Shown here: one piece after another, positions 59,901 to 64,000 of the stretch | How the letters are laid out: each line of letters begins with the position of its first letter | How positions within the stretch are numbered: position 1 is the first letter of the stretch | Assembly: GCA_964106915.2 (NCBI GenBank) | Contig: OZ066918.1 | DNA length: 64,000 bases | Strand: one strand, 5' to 3' | Source: Podarcis gaigeae | Taxonomy: Eukaryota | Translations under genes and position numbers: made by a program | Notes under the pieces: generated by a model | What the model was told of the DNA's origin: nothing | Databases searched by the model: none | What the model saw: the letters and a program-made list of their open reading frames with translations, nothing else

Positions 59901-62900
59901 AGTCTAAAATTACCTAACCACCACTGTTCAACAAGTGCTGCCTTTTGCAAAACACAGGCCCAATCCTTCAGAATACGACTGAGCAAACCGTTATAAATTT
60001 GTGCCATTTGGGTAATAAGCTAATTATTTTGCATATCTATGTGGGTTGGGAAATTAGCTATGTCTTTCCTGCTATCAGGATCTCTTCCTTTATATTCCCA
60101 TTGATTCTAGTGAGTTTGTGAAGACTGCCTGCTACTCCTATCATCTTCCTAAACCTTTTGTCAGCTGCACTTCCCAGACATACCAAGATGGTGATGGTGA
60201 TATTTTGCCTCCTGCACATTTTCCTTGAAGTGTTAACACCTTACCCCACAACACAACATTTTACCACTTCTGCTTAGGTATTGTGTTCTGACACATCTTC
60301 TGTCAGCTAGAATTTACGTGCACGTAAATACTTTTTAATTGATGTATTAGATTAATTTAGGGGCCTCCAACTTTTGTTGGGCCAAGGAACACATCTGGAA
60401 ATCTAAGAAACTTGTGGACACCACACAATACTGCTTTCACAGAAGAGAAACTGACACTGCTCAGAACTCCCACTCCAAAACCAGGCAAATCACACAAATA
60501 CACCAGTCAAAACACAAAAAGCAGGCAACAACAACCCCCTGCCCAAAGGCAAACCCCCGCAACCAAACAGCTGACACAAATACACCAATACAATTCATTT
60601 AAAAAATTGACCAGGGGACTGGTGGACGGCAAGAGCAGTGCCATCCTGGGACCCCAGATTTAATAGTTTGTTATATAGTTTAGGTCTTTGTTTATGGAAT
60701 GATATTTTAGGTGAACTGGATTAATTCATTGTTCTAGTTGTAATTTGAAGCTGGTTTGAATAAGTTGTTGCTGAGCTGGTGAGAGGATATGAAATTCTAG
60801 CTCAACCCAATGTGTGTACAATTTCAAAATCATCAAGACATACCACTGGTGCAGGAAGTATGTTCTAGCTGTAATTGGTTAGTTTATCCTTTGATCATAA
60901 AATATTACAAAGAACACAGGTGCAGTATATTTTGGCATTTGATTATTTTGGTGAACAGGCATTTTCCCTTCAAATTGGAATAACACACTAAGTGGAAAAG
61001 AATTGTGTATTTAGGCTGCTTAAGTGTGCTTTGAGTGAACTTGGGTTCAAAGAATGACTCCAAAATTCACTCTGAGTGAAATTGCATGGGACTATGAACA
61101 TTCAGAATGTTGTAAACTAGATGTAAAATCTCGCTTTTATTCTGCTCCCTGTTGTCCTCTGAAGTTTTACTGCCTTCTATCACACTTTCATAGTAACTGC
61201 TTTGAACTGATTTCTTTAGAGTGTTTCGTATACAGGGAAAGAGAGCAGAGAAGAATAAATCAATCAAGATGAAGAACTGAGAAATGAAAAGAAACTAATA
61301 TTGAAGTGTACAAGTTAAGAAAGGAGGAAATCATATTTTATCATAAAAATAAGATCTGTATTTAGATATTAAACTCGGGTTTCCTTCAGTCATTCCTATG
61401 TATTATAGCCATGTATAATTGCATCTTATAGTTGCTGTGCATCATAGTGTCTGACAGCTGTAGGGCTTTGAAGGGTTCTGAGTTTTCCTGCCTCAGTAGA
61501 TTCTAAGAACATAGTAATAAAGGCAACGTCTGTCCCAAGACAGACTCACTACAGATACCAGCTCCTTCAAGCACAGCACCAAGAATATGATGCTTCTCCA
61601 AGCTTCACTTTTCACCATATAACATAAGCAGTTCCAAACTCACTTGAAACAGTTTTTGATTGCAGTTCCATGACTTCCAGAAATGCTCAGTACTTCACAT
61701 GTTGCTTGAACACATAAAATGACCCATTGTTCAGCTTGATGAATTTCCCATTAATTAGTGGGTCTCATCTTGAATAGCTTCGGGGAGATGACAATGACCC
61801 TATAGTATTTGCTTTGTGATTATTTTTCTTGGTTTCCATAGGAAAGGAAGTGTAAGTATGTAGCGTTTTACAGCAGATCGTGACTTTATAAAGAAAGCTC
61901 TTATTAATGGCTTCAGTACCCTTTCTTAAGGGCTTAAACTACCCCTCTTTGTTCCAAAACAAGAACACTCTTACAAAGCATTGCTTGCACAATGGTAAGC
62001 CATGCCTCTTTCTCAACATCTTCGCTGCGGCACAGCTAGACTGTCATCAGCAGGCATGCACCAATCAAATTGGATCCTTGCTGTATACATAGTGAACATT
62101 TATTTTTGATACACACACAGAGTAATTGTCGCCATGTTTGCTCATAAGGAAACTTCCAAAGATCATATTAAGCCAACCCAAATGTCATGAAATAGCATGC
62201 AGGTTCTGGGAGACTTCAAAGCTTACATGCCACCTTGATCGCCTTAATAAAAGTGTTGCTCTGATATAGATTTTGGAATTTATTCTTATATTTGCCATTA
62301 AAAATGCACACAGAGTTGCGGACAAGGACCAGTGGTCAGGATGATGGGAATTGTAGTCCGAAAACAGCTGGAGGGCCAAGTTTGGCCATGCCTGCTCTTA
62401 TCCTTTCCCACACCTGCATAATAGTATAGACCTCCATCATATACTCTCTTTACTAGGTTTTGTTTTTCTCAAGTGAAAAGCTCCGAATGTTGTAACATTT
62501 CCTCATAAGGGAGTTATTTATTGGGCAAGGCGTTGGACCAGCTTGTTCTGAGAAGAAGTTCTCAGATATGGGATAAAAAAGGCAGAGAAATTAAACTATG
62601 CTTTCAGACAGGAGTTGCTTAGAGAAGCGCAAGGTCCTTGCTAGGGTAAATGTTGCATGATGTCTATTCCTTTGGGCTGTCCCGTCATTGTGTCAGAATG
62701 AATGTCATCCACTGAAGATTGTATTAGCTGATGAGATGCATTTGCTCTGTGGTACCCACATTCATGGTACTTGCGAGCCATTTGCAGTGAGCAACCCAGC
62801 ACTTACTAGAGCCAGTCTTTCCTTTCTTGTTGGGCAATAACGGTCCAGTTTAAGAAGATCTTACTGGGAAGGGATGTTAAAAACTGACCAAAGCTGTAGG

Positions 62901-62929
62901 AAAAATGAGAATGAACCATGCTTATTAGT

Positions 62930-63320
62930 CCCTTTTTGGTGGCCCTCCACAACATTTGATGCTCTCCCGCAGCCCTTGTCTACCTTCCCAAAGCTGGTAA
63001 ACCAGGTGCTGGGCTTTGGGAAGAAGGCATGAGGGCTCTGTCAGGGACCTTGAGTCCTTGTGCCTCTTTCCTAAAGCCAAGTTAGTGCTTTCCCAGCTTT
63101 GGGAAGGAGGTGGGGAGGGCTCTAGGACTCTGCCAGAGCCTCACACCTCCTTCCCAAAGCCAAATGCTTCACTAGCTTAACTGGGAAGGCAGCCCAAGGG
63201 CTGAGGGGGTGTGTGTCAAATATTCACACTCCCCTTCCCACAAGGCAGTGTGCAGCCTGTGGGCTCCGTGTTGAAGTCCTCTTGCAACCCACTTTGGATG
63301 AAAAGTTGGGCCACCCAGCT
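62930..63320. mobile_element. Decayed DNA-transposon-like remnant with dispersed CTTCCCAAAGC motifs
   Basis: About six copies of the motif in both orientations (62983-63190); ends in hAT-like AAAAGTTGGGCCACCCAG followed by CTCTAGAC. Boundaries uncertain. Confidence 0.4.
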
Positions 63321-64000
63321 CTAGACATTGCCCAAACATCAAACACTGATTTGTCTGAATGTGCAGTAATTGATTTGGAAAGAGATTATAACTCAGAAAA
63401 GTTTGAAGTCAGAATATCACCAAGGACAAACAGGCTGCCTCAAGACATGTCATCTTTATTTATTTGTGCCTTACAGAAGAGGAGGAAAGAATGTGAGCAA
63501 AACAGTTTCTTTTAGTTCAGGAAACTATTGCAGTGAAACTGATAGGACATGATGGTTTTGTGTGCTCAAACCTTGTGGCAGGATGCATTAATGCAAACAC
63601 ATCACAATAACACAATCTTCAGCTTCTGCAGAAAGCAAATTCTGCTGGCAATTTTAAGGCATTGAAAGAAAATCCACACTAGTAAGTTCTATATAAAACT
63701 TGGCACATATTCAAATGGTAGACTGAAAAGGTACACTGAAGGTTAGCAGATCCAGATGGAGGATTGGATTCTATCTTATCAGGATTCCTTTTTGAGAAAA
63801 TAGTAGGTGTGAATCTTTCCTCCCTGTGACTCTACTTGTTTGCAAACATGTGAATTTAGTCTGCCAGTGTCTTGAAATGGTCAGAATTTCATTAATCAGT
63901 TTACAGCACCAGTTTACCAAGCAGAAGTGATTCTGTGTATGTGTGTAGCTGCATCATTTCCAAGTTTGGCTGGCAAGGCTAACAAATATGCTCCTCTAAG

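Noticed and set aside
55573-64000. Exons of the next syntenic gene (INA) or other coding sequence
   Set aside because: No intermediate-filament-like or other recognisable coding sequence; short ORFs lack splice or frame support. A long UTR cannot be excluded.

Overview
Vertebrate nuclear DNA, most likely a squamate (lacertid-type lizard, inferred from the Sauria SINE and other repeats). It carries the conserved cluster PDCD11(-) <> ATP5MK/USMG5(+) >< TAF5(-) <> PCGF6(+). I reconstructed exon chains by hand from splice sites and frame continuity: PDCD11/RRP5 (first 18 coding exons, 924 codons, continuing off the left edge), ATP5MK (59 aa, missed by the ORF track), TAF5 (11 exons, 805 aa) and PCGF6 (10 exons, 330 aa). 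There are two head-to-head CpG-rich promoter regions. Introns hold many SINEs, CR1/L2 tails and non-autonomous DNA transposons, several with intact target-site duplications (TSDs). The most notable signals are: a minimal hammerhead-ribozyme motif in a Penelope-type element on the sense strand of PCGF6 intron 9; a related 54-bp hairpin copy in intron 8, with both copies sitting at near-identical target sequences; a U12-type (minor spliceosome) intron in PDCD11; a possible in-frame upstream start for PDCD11; and a three-layer nested transposon stack. No coding exon was recognised after about 55.6 kb. Family names come from recognition of sequence, not from database searches.
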